From: Candidatus Parabeggiatoa sp. nov. 2
GTDB lineage: Bacteria > Pseudomonadota > Gammaproteobacteria > Beggiatoales > Beggiatoaceae
Reading direction: 5' to 3'
NCBI GenBank assembly: GCA_002085445.1
Contig: NBMI01000153.1
Coordinates: 1 to 38,566, forward strand
Length of the DNA: 38,566 bases
How positions within the stretch are numbered: the stretch's first letter is position 1; each line of letters opens with the position of its first letter. Below, piece after piece: positions 18,065 to 26,260 of the stretch. The position numbers and the translations under genes are program-made. The notes under the pieces were generated by a model. It was not told the origin of the DNA. It worked only from the letters and a program-made list of their open reading frames with translations, and made no database searches.

Positions 18065-19801
18065 CTATTTTTTAGTTTTGTTTTTCGGTGGCGTTTGTTT
18101 GGATGCCAATTTCAATGGTATCCCCAAGTGTTCTGCAACCGCCTGCAATTTTGCCTTGTCGATAAGCCGTCTGAGCAAATCAAACTCGTTAGTCAAGTTG
18201 CGAACTTCTTGCTTTTGACGCAAGAATTCTATTTCCTGTTCTTGCTGGGCCATTTTCACCCGATGGTTGGCTTCTTCTATTTCCAGTTGCGCCTTGTTTT
18301 CTTGTTGTTGGCGCGATAGGCGGGCTTCTAACGCTTTAGCCTCAACCAAGTCGTCTTGCTCTTGAGTCAGTAATTTGAGCGCGGCGGCTTGTTTTTTGAG
18401 TGTTGTTTCCCGTTCCAGTTGCAACTGTTCTGCCTGCATTTTTGCCTCGTTCATGCGGCTTTCTTCGGCTATGGCATGTAACGTTTGTTCCGTTTGCAAG
18501 GTTTTTTGCTTGTTGTTGGTTTCATTGTCCAGTTTGGCTTGTTCTAGTTCCTTTGCCTGTTCCTGTTGCAATGTCGCTAACTGATTTTCGTATGCCAGAC
18601 GCGCCTGTTGGGCTTGGAGTCGTTGTTCCGATGTCTGCCTAGCGAGGGCAGTTTGTTCTTCCAGTTGAATCTTATGCTGGGCTGTTTCTTGTTCTTGTGC
18701 TTGAATTCGCAACTGTGAGGCTTGCTTGGCGAGGGTGGTTTGTTCTTCCAGTTGGAGTTTCGTGCGGAATGTTTCCTGTTCTTTGTTAAAACGGACGGCT
18801 TCTTCGGCTAATTTTAACTGGAAGGCTTCGGTTTGTTTGCTTTGCTTAACCTGCTCAATGGCCGCGTTGGTTTCCGCTTCACGGGTTTCTTTTAGGTGGC
18901 GACTTTGGAGTTCCTTGTTGTGAATTTCATTTAGCATGGTTAAGCGACTAATGCGGGCCGCTTGTTCTTGTTGATGACGAAAAGGGGCCTGTAAGTCTTG
19001 CCAAAGCTTTTGCGAGCTGACGTATGCTTCTCTAATCTGGACGGTGACAATTTTAATGCCCAAGCCTTCGTGGGTGACACTGTCTTCGTGATTACGACTT
19101 TCTGTCACGGCCTCAATGCGTTTGGTGAGTTCTTCGATAATGGGGGCTTTGTCGGTTAAAACCTCTTCCACACTCATGGTGGCAATTTTATCTTTGATAG
19201 CGGCTTCGGCTTGTTCACCCAGTTGGGCGTTGACTATGCCAAGGGGATCGCGGCTGTCTGAGAAATCCAATTTGCGGTAAGCAATTGAAAAGTCTGATAT
19301 TTGCCATTGTAAGTAGGCCAGCATATTGATGCCTTGTTTTTCTTGAGTAATGCACCTTGCTACGATACCAATGGTTTGCATGGCAGCAGGTACCACTAAG
19401 TAGGCATCGGTGTTGGGGTTGTAGCGAAAAGATTTTCCTAAGCCAATCGTCACCGGGGCACCGCGCCCTAAGCGCGTATGAACGACATACGCATTGGGAG
19501 GAATAAGAATCCGTTTCCAGCGCCAAAAGCCGGTTTCACGGATTTTTATCGGTTCTTTTTCCAGTTGTAGTTCTTCGGAGGTAACGAGGTTGCCTTGTGG
19601 TGGTTGGTTTGATGAAGTGGACGTTGGGGAGAGGTTTGCGTTAGAAACGGAAGAGTTGTTAGCTTCTTCTTCTGCTCCAATTCCTTCGTCACCAAATTCA
19701 AAAGAGAGTTCTTCGTCAGCACTTTTTTCCATCGCTTCCATCTTTACACGGGTATTGGCTTGACGATTAAATGCTTCGGCGGCTGAGATACGTTTTAACA
19801 T
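18065..19801 (-). CDS. Flotillin-like SPFH/Band-7 domain protein with a long Q/E/A-rich coiled-coil C-terminus
   Basis: SPFH core FWRWKRILIPPNAYVVHTRLGRGAPVTIGLGKSFRYNPNTDAYLVVPAAMQTIGIVARC; flotillin-type EA/Q-rich heptads; RBS aggaagg upstream on the minus strand. Confidence 0.8.
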   Translation of the reverse strand: MLKRISAAEAFNRQANTRVKMEAMEKSADEELSFEFGDEGIGAEEEANNSSVSNANLSPTSTSSNQPPQGNLVTSEELQLEKEPIKIRETGFWRWKRILIPPNAYVVHTRLGRGAPVTIGLGKSFRYNPNTDAYLVVPAAMQTIGIVARCITQEKQGINMLAYLQWQISDFSIAYRKLDFSDSRDPLGIVNAQLGEQAEAAIKDKIATMSVEEVLTDKAPIIEELTKRIEAVTESRNHEDSVTHEGLGIKIVTVQIREAYVSSQKLWQDLQAPFRHQQEQAARISRLTMLNEIHNKELQSRHLKETREAETNAAIEQVKQSKQTEAFQLKLAEEAVRFNKEQETFRTKLQLEEQTTLAKQASQLRIQAQEQETAQHKIQLEEQTALARQTSEQRLQAQQARLAYENQLATLQQEQAKELEQAKLDNETNNKQKTLQTEQTLHAIAEESRMNEAKMQAEQLQLERETTLKKQAAALKLLTQEQDDLVEAKALEARLSRQQQENKAQLEIEEANHRVKMAQQEQEIEFLRQKQEVRNLTNEFDLLRRLIDKAKLQAVAEHLGIPLKLASKQTPPKNKTKK

Positions 19802-19839
19802 AGCCAGATTTCCTTCCTAGTTGTATAAGGACTACATAA

Positions 19840-20460
19840 ATTGTTTATAATAAAAGATTACGCTTTTCAAAACGAATCGGCCTGTCGTTTTTATAAAAAT
19901 AACTACAAGGATTCGTTATAATAAGGGATTATCCTTGTTTATACAAAATCCGGTAATTATTTAAAGGATTACCCAATCCTTTCTTATCACGAATCGGCCT
20001 GTAGTTACAATAATAAACTACCCAATCCGCATCGATTAACGAATCGGCCTGTAGTTATAATAATAAATTCCCCAATCCGCATCGATTAACGAATCGGCCT
20101 GTCGTTTTTATAAAAATAACGACAGGGATTCGTTGCTTCTGAAGGTATTTTTCAATCAAGAATTCTCCATCCTTTCTTATAACGAATCCTTGTAGTTATA
20201 ATAAGAAATTCTCCCATCCGCATCGATTAACAAATCGGCCTGTAGTTACAATATAGATATTCAGATAATTAATTTAGTCTCCTTTAGGAGACTTGAGCTT
20301 TCAGACAATGTTGGCTGCGAAATACCCAATCCGCATCGATTAACGAATCTGCCTATAGTTACAATAAGAAATTACCCAATCCTTTCTTATAATGAATCGG
20401 CCTGTCGTTTTTAACAACAGCAATAACTACAAGGATTATTCATAATATCCTCCCAAGAGG
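19840..20460. repeat. About 620 bp of divergent intergenic space (flotillin <- -> hynS) built from iterated short units (acgaatcggcctgtagtt x6-7, ccaatccgcatcgattaac x4, ccaatcctttcttat x3) and the aactacaaggatt/aatccttgtagtt inverted-repeat element
   Basis: Direct counts of iterated strings; the same element family recurs at 25670..26040, 29940..29980 and 35145. Confidence 0.8.
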
Positions 20461-20496
20461 AAACCTGTCCTATTCTCAAACACACGGAGAAAAGAG

Positions 20497-21591
20497 ATGT
20501 CAAAACCTCAAAGCATCGCCGAAAGATTAAGCAACCAAGGCTTCAATCGGCGCGACTTTCTCAAATTCTGTGGCATTACCGCCACTGTCATGGGTTTACC
20601 ACCCGCCGTGATACCTCAAATTGCCAATGCTTTGGAAAAAACACCAAGACAATCAGTCATTTGGCTATCATTTCAAGAATGTACCGGCTGCACGGCATCC
20701 CTCACTCGCGCCCATGCCCCCACCCTAGAACGTCTGATTTTTGACCACATTTCCCTAGATATTCACCACACCTTGCAAGCCGCCTCAGGCGAAGCCGCCG
20801 AACAGATCCGCAAACAAGCCATGAAAGACAATCAAGGCAATTATTTACTCATTGTCGAAGGCTCAATTCCCATTGGCAACCCCGGCTATTCAACTATCGC
20901 TGGGATGAGCAACAAAGACATGCTGATGGAAGTTGCCAAGGACGCCAAAGCGATTATTGCTGTCGGCACTTGTGCCGCTTACGGTGGTATCCCACACGCC
21001 TACCCCAATCCTACGGGGGCAGTCTCTGTTGAAGAACTTATCACCAATAAGCCTATCGTCAATATTCCCGGCTGTCCACCAATTCCGGTTGCCATTGCCG
21101 GTGTCATCGCGCATACTGTCACCTTTGGCACATTGCCAGAACTGGATTCCTTAAAGCGTCCAGTCACGTTTTTTGGACAAAACATCCATGATCGTTGTTA
21201 CCGCCGCCCCTTTTATGACAAGGGATTATTCGCTGAAAGTTTTGATGATGAAGGGGCCAAGAAAGGGTGGTGTTTGTACAAATTAGGTTGTAAAGGCCCT
21301 GTGACTTCTAATACTTGTGCCACCGAAAAATGGAATGCCGGTGTCAGTTTCCCCATTGAATCTGGGCATGGTTGCTTAGGTTGCTCGGAACCCAACTTTT
21401 GGGATGCTGGCAGTTTTTATAAAGCACTCTCAGTGCCAACCGGCGATTTCGCCCAAACGGCCGGCTATGCCTTAGCGGCCGGCGCGGCGGTAGGTGTAGC
21501 GACTGGACTGCTAAACAAGAAGAAAAAAGGCGACGCCGCCAAAAACCATGAAACCGTGACAATTAACGATTTAGATAGAAAACAACAATAA
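20497..21591 (+). CDS. hynS: [NiFe] hydrogenase small subunit, Tat-exported, with C-terminal membrane anchor
   Basis: Twin-arginine signal NRRDFLKFCGITATVMGL; FeS-cluster Cys motifs (CTGC, GCPP, CxxC...); C-terminal hydrophobic anchor YALAAGAAVGVATGLL. Confidence 0.93.
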   Translation: MSKPQSIAERLSNQGFNRRDFLKFCGITATVMGLPPAVIPQIANALEKTPRQSVIWLSFQECTGCTASLTRAHAPTLERLIFDHISLDIHHTLQAASGEAAEQIRKQAMKDNQGNYLLIVEGSIPIGNPGYSTIAGMSNKDMLMEVAKDAKAIIAVGTCAAYGGIPHAYPNPTGAVSVEELITNKPIVNIPGCPPIPVAIAGVIAHTVTFGTLPELDSLKRPVTFFGQNIHDRCYRRPFYDKGLFAESFDDEGAKKGWCLYKLGCKGPVTSNTCATEKWNAGVSFPIESGHGCLGCSEPNFWDAGSFYKALSVPTGDFAQTAGYALAAGAAVGVATGLLNKKKKGDAAKNHETVTINDLDRKQQ

Positions 21592-21774
21592 ATTGTCCAA
21601 ACCTAAAGGTTTGGACTCCAAGCTTTGGACAACACAATCAATCAATTGTCCATTGGAGTCCAAAGCTTCAGCTTTGGACAACACAATAAATTGTCCAAAC
21701 CTAAAGGTTTGGACTCCAGCCAAGACATTGGAGTCCAAAGCTTCAGCTTTGGACAACTTAGAGAGGAATTCATG
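21592..21774. repeat. REP-like palindrome cluster (tandemly duplicated ~97-bp unit carrying ccaaacctttaggtttgg and ccaaagcttcagctttgg hairpins) between hynS and isp1
   Basis: Strings read directly; the duplication unit begins inside the hynS stop region (acaacaataaattgtccaaacc...). Confidence 0.85.
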
Positions 21775-22434
21775 ATGACTTCTATAGACTTTTTATCATG
21801 GGTGCGAGGGCCAGTTTTTATTATGGCGACAGCCATTTTCGTTTTTGGTATCAGCTTGCGTTTGCTCGAAATAGTGTCGTTACGCCGCAAACCCGATTAT
21901 TCAGCACCACGCGGCAGTCGTATGGTTGGCGGTATGCGTACCCTATTCAGCCGCTCTATGTATGATAAAAGCACCTTTCAACGTTCCGCATTTACCATTG
22001 TGGCCGGCTATATTTTTCATCTGGGCTTGTTTATCGTTACGTTCTTGTCTGTGCCACACATCCTTTTATTTCGAGAACTGTTTGGTTTCGACTGGTTTGG
22101 ATTACCGACAATCCTCATTGATGCGGTAACGGTAATAACCTTATTGGCTATGTTAGTCTTGTTAATTCATCGACTGAAAAACCCTGTCCGGCGATTTTTG
22201 TCCACCTTTGAAAATTATGTCGTTTGGACTGTAACCTTTTTACCCTTGCTGACGGGCTATATGGCCTATCATCATAGCGTGTTCCCCTATCCGCTGATGC
22301 TGGGTTTGCATATTCTCAGTGTGGAAATACTGATGGTTGTGTTTCCTTTTACTCAATTAATGCATACCTTCACTTTATTCATGGCGCGTTGGCATACCGG
22401 GGCTAACGCCGGTCACAGAGGAATTCAAGTATGA
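21775..22434 (+). CDS. isp1: Isp1, integral membrane cytochrome b-like subunit (NarI/DsrM-like) of an Isp-type hydrogenase
   Basis: Five predicted TM helices with conserved His. Start ATG 21775 after RBS gagagg is preferred over the track start at 21625, which runs through the REP cluster. Stop overlaps the isp2 start (ATGA). Confidence 0.85.
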   Translation: MTSIDFLSWVRGPVFIMATAIFVFGISLRLLEIVSLRRKPDYSAPRGSRMVGGMRTLFSRSMYDKSTFQRSAFTIVAGYIFHLGLFIVTFLSVPHILLFRELFGFDWFGLPTILIDAVTVITLLAMLVLLIHRLKNPVRRFLSTFENYVVWTVTFLPLLTGYMAYHHSVFPYPLMLGLHILSVEILMVVFPFTQLMHTFTLFMARWHTGANAGHRGIQV

Positions 22435-23738
22435 GTGCGGCTACTTTTGAGCGCGGCTATAAAGCCTTTAAAGAACAAATAGATGCGCCAATCGCGGCCT
22501 ATTTTAGCAGTTGTGTTAGTTGCGGTATGTGTGCCGAAGCCTGTTTGTTTTTCACCGAAACTGGTGATCCGAAATACACGCCCATCTATAAACTTGAACC
22601 CTTACGAAAAGTCTGGGAACAAGAATATACCTTATGGGGCCGACTGAAAGCGTTGTTAGGAATAAGTAAAAAGCTGACTGATGACGAGTTGGCCGAATGG
22701 CAAGAATTGATTTATGGCAGTTGCACTATGTGTGGGCGTTGCACAATGGTTTGTCCGGTGGGCAATGACTTGGTGTATATGATTCGCAAAGCGCGTGAAG
22801 GAATGGCCGCTGCCGGGCATGCACCGCCTGATATCATCGTGGGTACTCAACGCGCCATAACCATCGGCAGTGCGACGGGGGTAGGCTTGCCCACTTTGCA
22901 AGCGCAAATCAGACGCATCGAACGCGAAACGGGTATGAAGATTCCAATGGATGTGCAAGGCGTTGAATATATGGCGCTGCTCTCCTCAATGGAAATTATG
23001 AGCTTTCCAGAATATCTGGAAGCCCTCGCCAAGATTATGAAATACGCAGGCAAAACGTGGACGTTATCGTCTGAAGGCTTTGAAGCCACCAATGCCGGTG
23101 TCCAAATTGGTGTTTCTGAGATTGCTAAAGAATTGGTCATGCGTATTGTCAAGGCGGCGGAAAAACTCCAAGTGAAAACCGTTATCAGTCCTGAATGTGG
23201 CCACGCTTATGGCGCGATACGCTGGGAAGGGCCTAATTTAATAGGTCGCCCCTTTACTTTTCGAGTCCAACATATTCTGGAAGTGCTAGATGAATGGCGC
23301 GAGCAAGGCAAACTGAAAACGGAAGGTTTTGAAAAGGCGCGTCTGACTTTCCACGATCCTTGCCAATCAGTACGGCGTGGCGGTGTCATTGAGCAACCGC
23401 GTAACCTCTTGAAAATGGTGGCGAGTCACTTTGTAGAAATGGAAGATCATGGCAAAATGAATTGGTGTTGTACTGGTGGCGGTGGTGTCGGTGCGATAGA
23501 AGAAGCCCATGAACTTCGTACCAAAGCCTTTAATCGCAAGAAAACGCAGCTTGATGCACTTAAAGTGGACAAGCTAGTGACATCCTGTGCGAATTGTCGT
23601 CTTGTTTTGGAAGATGGGCTTGAAGCTTACGAAATGGAAATGCCCGTTATGGGTTTAACGGAAATGATTGCCGAACATTTAAAGGAGGAAGGTGAAATGG
23701 AAAAGGATAAAGGACTCTATAGATTTTCAGAAAATTAA
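22431..23738 (+). CDS. isp2: Isp2, HdrD-like iron-sulfur protein (two 4Fe-4S ferredoxin motifs plus CCG domain)
   Basis: CVSCGMCAEAC and CTMCGRCTMVCP ferredoxin motifs; CCG-type cysteines (DPCQSV...NWCCTGGGG...CANC). Confidence 0.9.
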   Translation: MSAATFERGYKAFKEQIDAPIAAYFSSCVSCGMCAEACLFFTETGDPKYTPIYKLEPLRKVWEQEYTLWGRLKALLGISKKLTDDELAEWQELIYGSCTMCGRCTMVCPVGNDLVYMIRKAREGMAAAGHAPPDIIVGTQRAITIGSATGVGLPTLQAQIRRIERETGMKIPMDVQGVEYMALLSSMEIMSFPEYLEALAKIMKYAGKTWTLSSEGFEATNAGVQIGVSEIAKELVMRIVKAAEKLQVKTVISPECGHAYGAIRWEGPNLIGRPFTFRVQHILEVLDEWREQGKLKTEGFEKARLTFHDPCQSVRRGGVIEQPRNLLKMVASHFVEMEDHGKMNWCCTGGGGVGAIEEAHELRTKAFNRKKTQLDALKVDKLVTSCANCRLVLEDGLEAYEMEMPVMGLTEMIAEHLKEEGEMEKDKGLYRFSEN

Positions 23739-23749
23739 TTTCTTTGGCA

Positions 23750-23860
23750 GCCAACAGCACAGGAGTCCAAACTTTAGTTTGGCAGTCGTCCAAACTTTAG
23801 GCATCGTTTAGCTAAAGCCTACTAATAGTGCCCTTTAGGGTACTTTAGCTTTAAGCCTTA
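23750..23860. repeat. REP-like palindromes (ggagtccaaactttagtttggcagtcgtccaaactttagg) and an agtgccctttagggtact hairpin unit between isp2 and hynL
   Basis: String matches to the REP family and to the hairpin family seen at 14385. Confidence 0.8.
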
Positions 23861-23944
23861 GAATTTATTCTAAAGCTTAACTTAATGGCATTGGGGTGTG
23901 TTTGGGTTTTCATCGTTCCTTACCAAAGTCGGAGAAACGAACTA

Positions 23945-25639
23945 ATGAGTCACCGTGTTGTTATAGATCCGATTACCCGCATTGAAGGCCATTTACGCAT
24001 CGAAGCGCAAATGGATAAGGCGGGAAAAACCATTCAATCAGCTTATTCATCAGGCACAATGGTGCGCGGTATTGAAATGATTTTACGAGGACGTGATCCG
24101 CGTGATGCGTGGGCTTTTGCTCAACGGATTTGTGGCGTGTGTACGCTAGTGCATGGTATCGCCTCAGTGCGAGCGGTAGAAGATGCACTCAGCTACACGC
24201 CACCGCCCAATGCCCAACTGATACGCAATTTAATGATAGCAGCCCAATATGTGCATGATCATGTGATGCACTTTTATCTTTTACATGCCTTAGATTGGGT
24301 GGATGTGGTTTCGGCTTTAAACGCTAATCCCAAGGAGACTTCTGAACTCGCCCAATCTCTTAGTCACTATCCCAAATCGTCGCCCGGCTATTTTGCCGAT
24401 ATGCAGCGAAAGTTGAAGCATTTTGCTCAAGAAGGACAACTGGGCATTTTTGCTCAAGGGTATTGGGGACATCCGGCCTACAAATTACCTCCTGAAGCTA
24501 ATTTAATAGCCGTCTCACACTATTTAGAAGCGTTAGCATGGCAACGCGAGGTTGCTAAATTACATACTATTTTGGGGGGTAAAAATCCTCATCCTAATTT
24601 CTTAGTTGGCGGTGTACCCTGTGCCATTGATTTGAATTCCGATTCGGCCCTCAATGCCAAAAGACTCGCGCAAGTGCAAGACATTATTACCTTAATGCGC
24701 GATTTTGTGGATCAAGTCTATGTGCCAGATACTCTTGCCATTGCTGGCTTTTATAAAGACTGGGCGAGACAAGGCGAAGGCCTAGGTAACTTTATGACTT
24801 ATGGCGATTTTCCTGAAATGGGTAGGGATGATCCGTCGAGCTTTTTGGTTCCTTCGGGTGTGATTTTAAATCGTGATTTGAACAACATTTATGATTTAGA
24901 CCTGAACGCCGCTGACCAAATTCAAGAATACGTTTCTCGCTCTTGGTACAACTACAGCAGCGGCAAAGATAAAGGCCTCCACCCCTACGACGGCGAAACG
25001 GAACTTTCTTACACCGGCCCAACACCGCCCTATAAACAGTTAGACACTGACAAAGAATACTCCTGGGTAAAATCGCCCCGTTGGAAAGGCCCCGATGGCA
25101 GCATTCATGCGGTAGAAGTTGGCCCGTTGGCGCGCGTGTTGATGTTGTATGCCAACGGCCATGAACAAACTCAGGATATGGTAGATTACACATTGAAAAC
25201 ACTGGAGCTGCCGATAGACGCGTTGTTTTCCACTTTAGGCCGCACCGCGGCCCGTACCTTGGAGACAAAACTCATCGCTGATGCCATGCCAATGTGGTAT
25301 GACAATCTGATTGCTAATATAAAGGCCGGTGACACCAAGACGTTTAACGAAGAACGGTGGGAACCTTCTACTTGGCCGAAACAAGCGAAAGGAGTTGGTT
25401 ATATGGAAGCACCGCGTGGTGCGTTAGCGCATTGGATTGTGATAGAAGACGGTAAAATTGCCAACTATCAAGCGGTTGCGCCGAGTACCTGGCATGCCGG
25501 GCCGCGTGATGCGAATGGACAAGCTGGCGCTTATGAGGCCGCATTGAAAGGCCATGTTCTGCACGATCCCAAACAACCGCTGGAGGTTTTACGCACCATT
25601 CACAGTTTTGCGCCTTGTCTTGCTTGTGCGGTGCATTGA
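23945..25639 (+). CDS. hynL: [NiFe] hydrogenase large subunit; ends exactly at the conserved C-terminal His
   Basis: Start ATG 23945 behind RBS ggagaaacg. N-terminal ITRIEGH and RICGVCTLVH (L1 motif); C-terminal DPCLACAVH followed immediately by TGA. Confidence 0.93.
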   Translation: MSHRVVIDPITRIEGHLRIEAQMDKAGKTIQSAYSSGTMVRGIEMILRGRDPRDAWAFAQRICGVCTLVHGIASVRAVEDALSYTPPPNAQLIRNLMIAAQYVHDHVMHFYLLHALDWVDVVSALNANPKETSELAQSLSHYPKSSPGYFADMQRKLKHFAQEGQLGIFAQGYWGHPAYKLPPEANLIAVSHYLEALAWQREVAKLHTILGGKNPHPNFLVGGVPCAIDLNSDSALNAKRLAQVQDIITLMRDFVDQVYVPDTLAIAGFYKDWARQGEGLGNFMTYGDFPEMGRDDPSSFLVPSGVILNRDLNNIYDLDLNAADQIQEYVSRSWYNYSSGKDKGLHPYDGETELSYTGPTPPYKQLDTDKEYSWVKSPRWKGPDGSIHAVEVGPLARVLMLYANGHEQTQDMVDYTLKTLELPIDALFSTLGRTAARTLETKLIADAMPMWYDNLIANIKAGDTKTFNEERWEPSTWPKQAKGVGYMEAPRGALAHWIVIEDGKIANYQAVAPSTWHAGPRDANGQAGAYEAALKGHVLHDPKQPLEVLRTIHSFAPCLACAVH

Positions 25640-26040
25640 TACATCATTCGTTTATCCGCGTAATTAGTTGTACTCAAGCGCAATTAGTTGTAGTATATAT
25701 CAATAACTACAAGGATTCGTTATAAAAATGTATTTTTCATCCTTGCTTATATTCAATCCTTGTAGTTAGTTAATTCGTTTATCCGCGTAATTAGTTGTAC
25801 TCAAGCGTAATTAGTTGTACTCAAGCGCAATTAGTTGTACTCAAGATTAATCCGCCATACTCAATATCAATAACTACAAGGATTCGTTATAAAAAGGGAT
25901 TTTTCATCCTTGCTTATATGAAATCCTTGTAGTTAGTTAATTCGTTTATCCGCGTAATTAGTTGTACTCAAGCGTAATTAGTTGTACTCAAGCGTAATTA
26001 CTTGTACTCAATATTAATCCGTTGTACTCGATATCAATAA
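25640..26040. repeat. ~140-bp complex unit x3 (family B attcgtttatccgcgtaattagttgtactcaagcg... plus the aactacaaggatt ... aatccttgtagtt 13-bp-stem hairpin element)
   Basis: Three successive near-identical units read directly, starting 4 nt after the hynL stop. Confidence 0.85.
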
Positions 26041-26260
26041 CTAGAAGGATTAGTTGCTTATGAAGGATTTTGTCATCGGAACAAAAAATAACACACCCTT
26101 GCTTCCCCTCTATCGAGGTGAATTACCTGCTTTATTCATATAGCCGCATTTCGATTTTCCCGCTCACTTTACCCCGAAGGGGTCAAAAAATAATTAAAAA
26201 TTAGTAATTATTTTAATTCTTCGGGGTTGGGGGCCGTTGATTGGTATTTATGGTAAGGAC

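Noticed and set aside
21571-21890. Several 60-80-aa ORFs on both strands, and the long isp1 N-terminus starting at 21625
   Set aside because: All run through the REP-like palindrome cluster and translate to repetitive peptides; the start at 21775 has a proper RBS and gives a normal-length cytochrome b.
23885-23944. Longer N-terminus for HynL
   Set aside because: The extension MALGCVWVFIV... is encoded by REP-family sequence; ATG 23945 has an RBS and gives the conserved start MSHRVVIDPITRIEGH.
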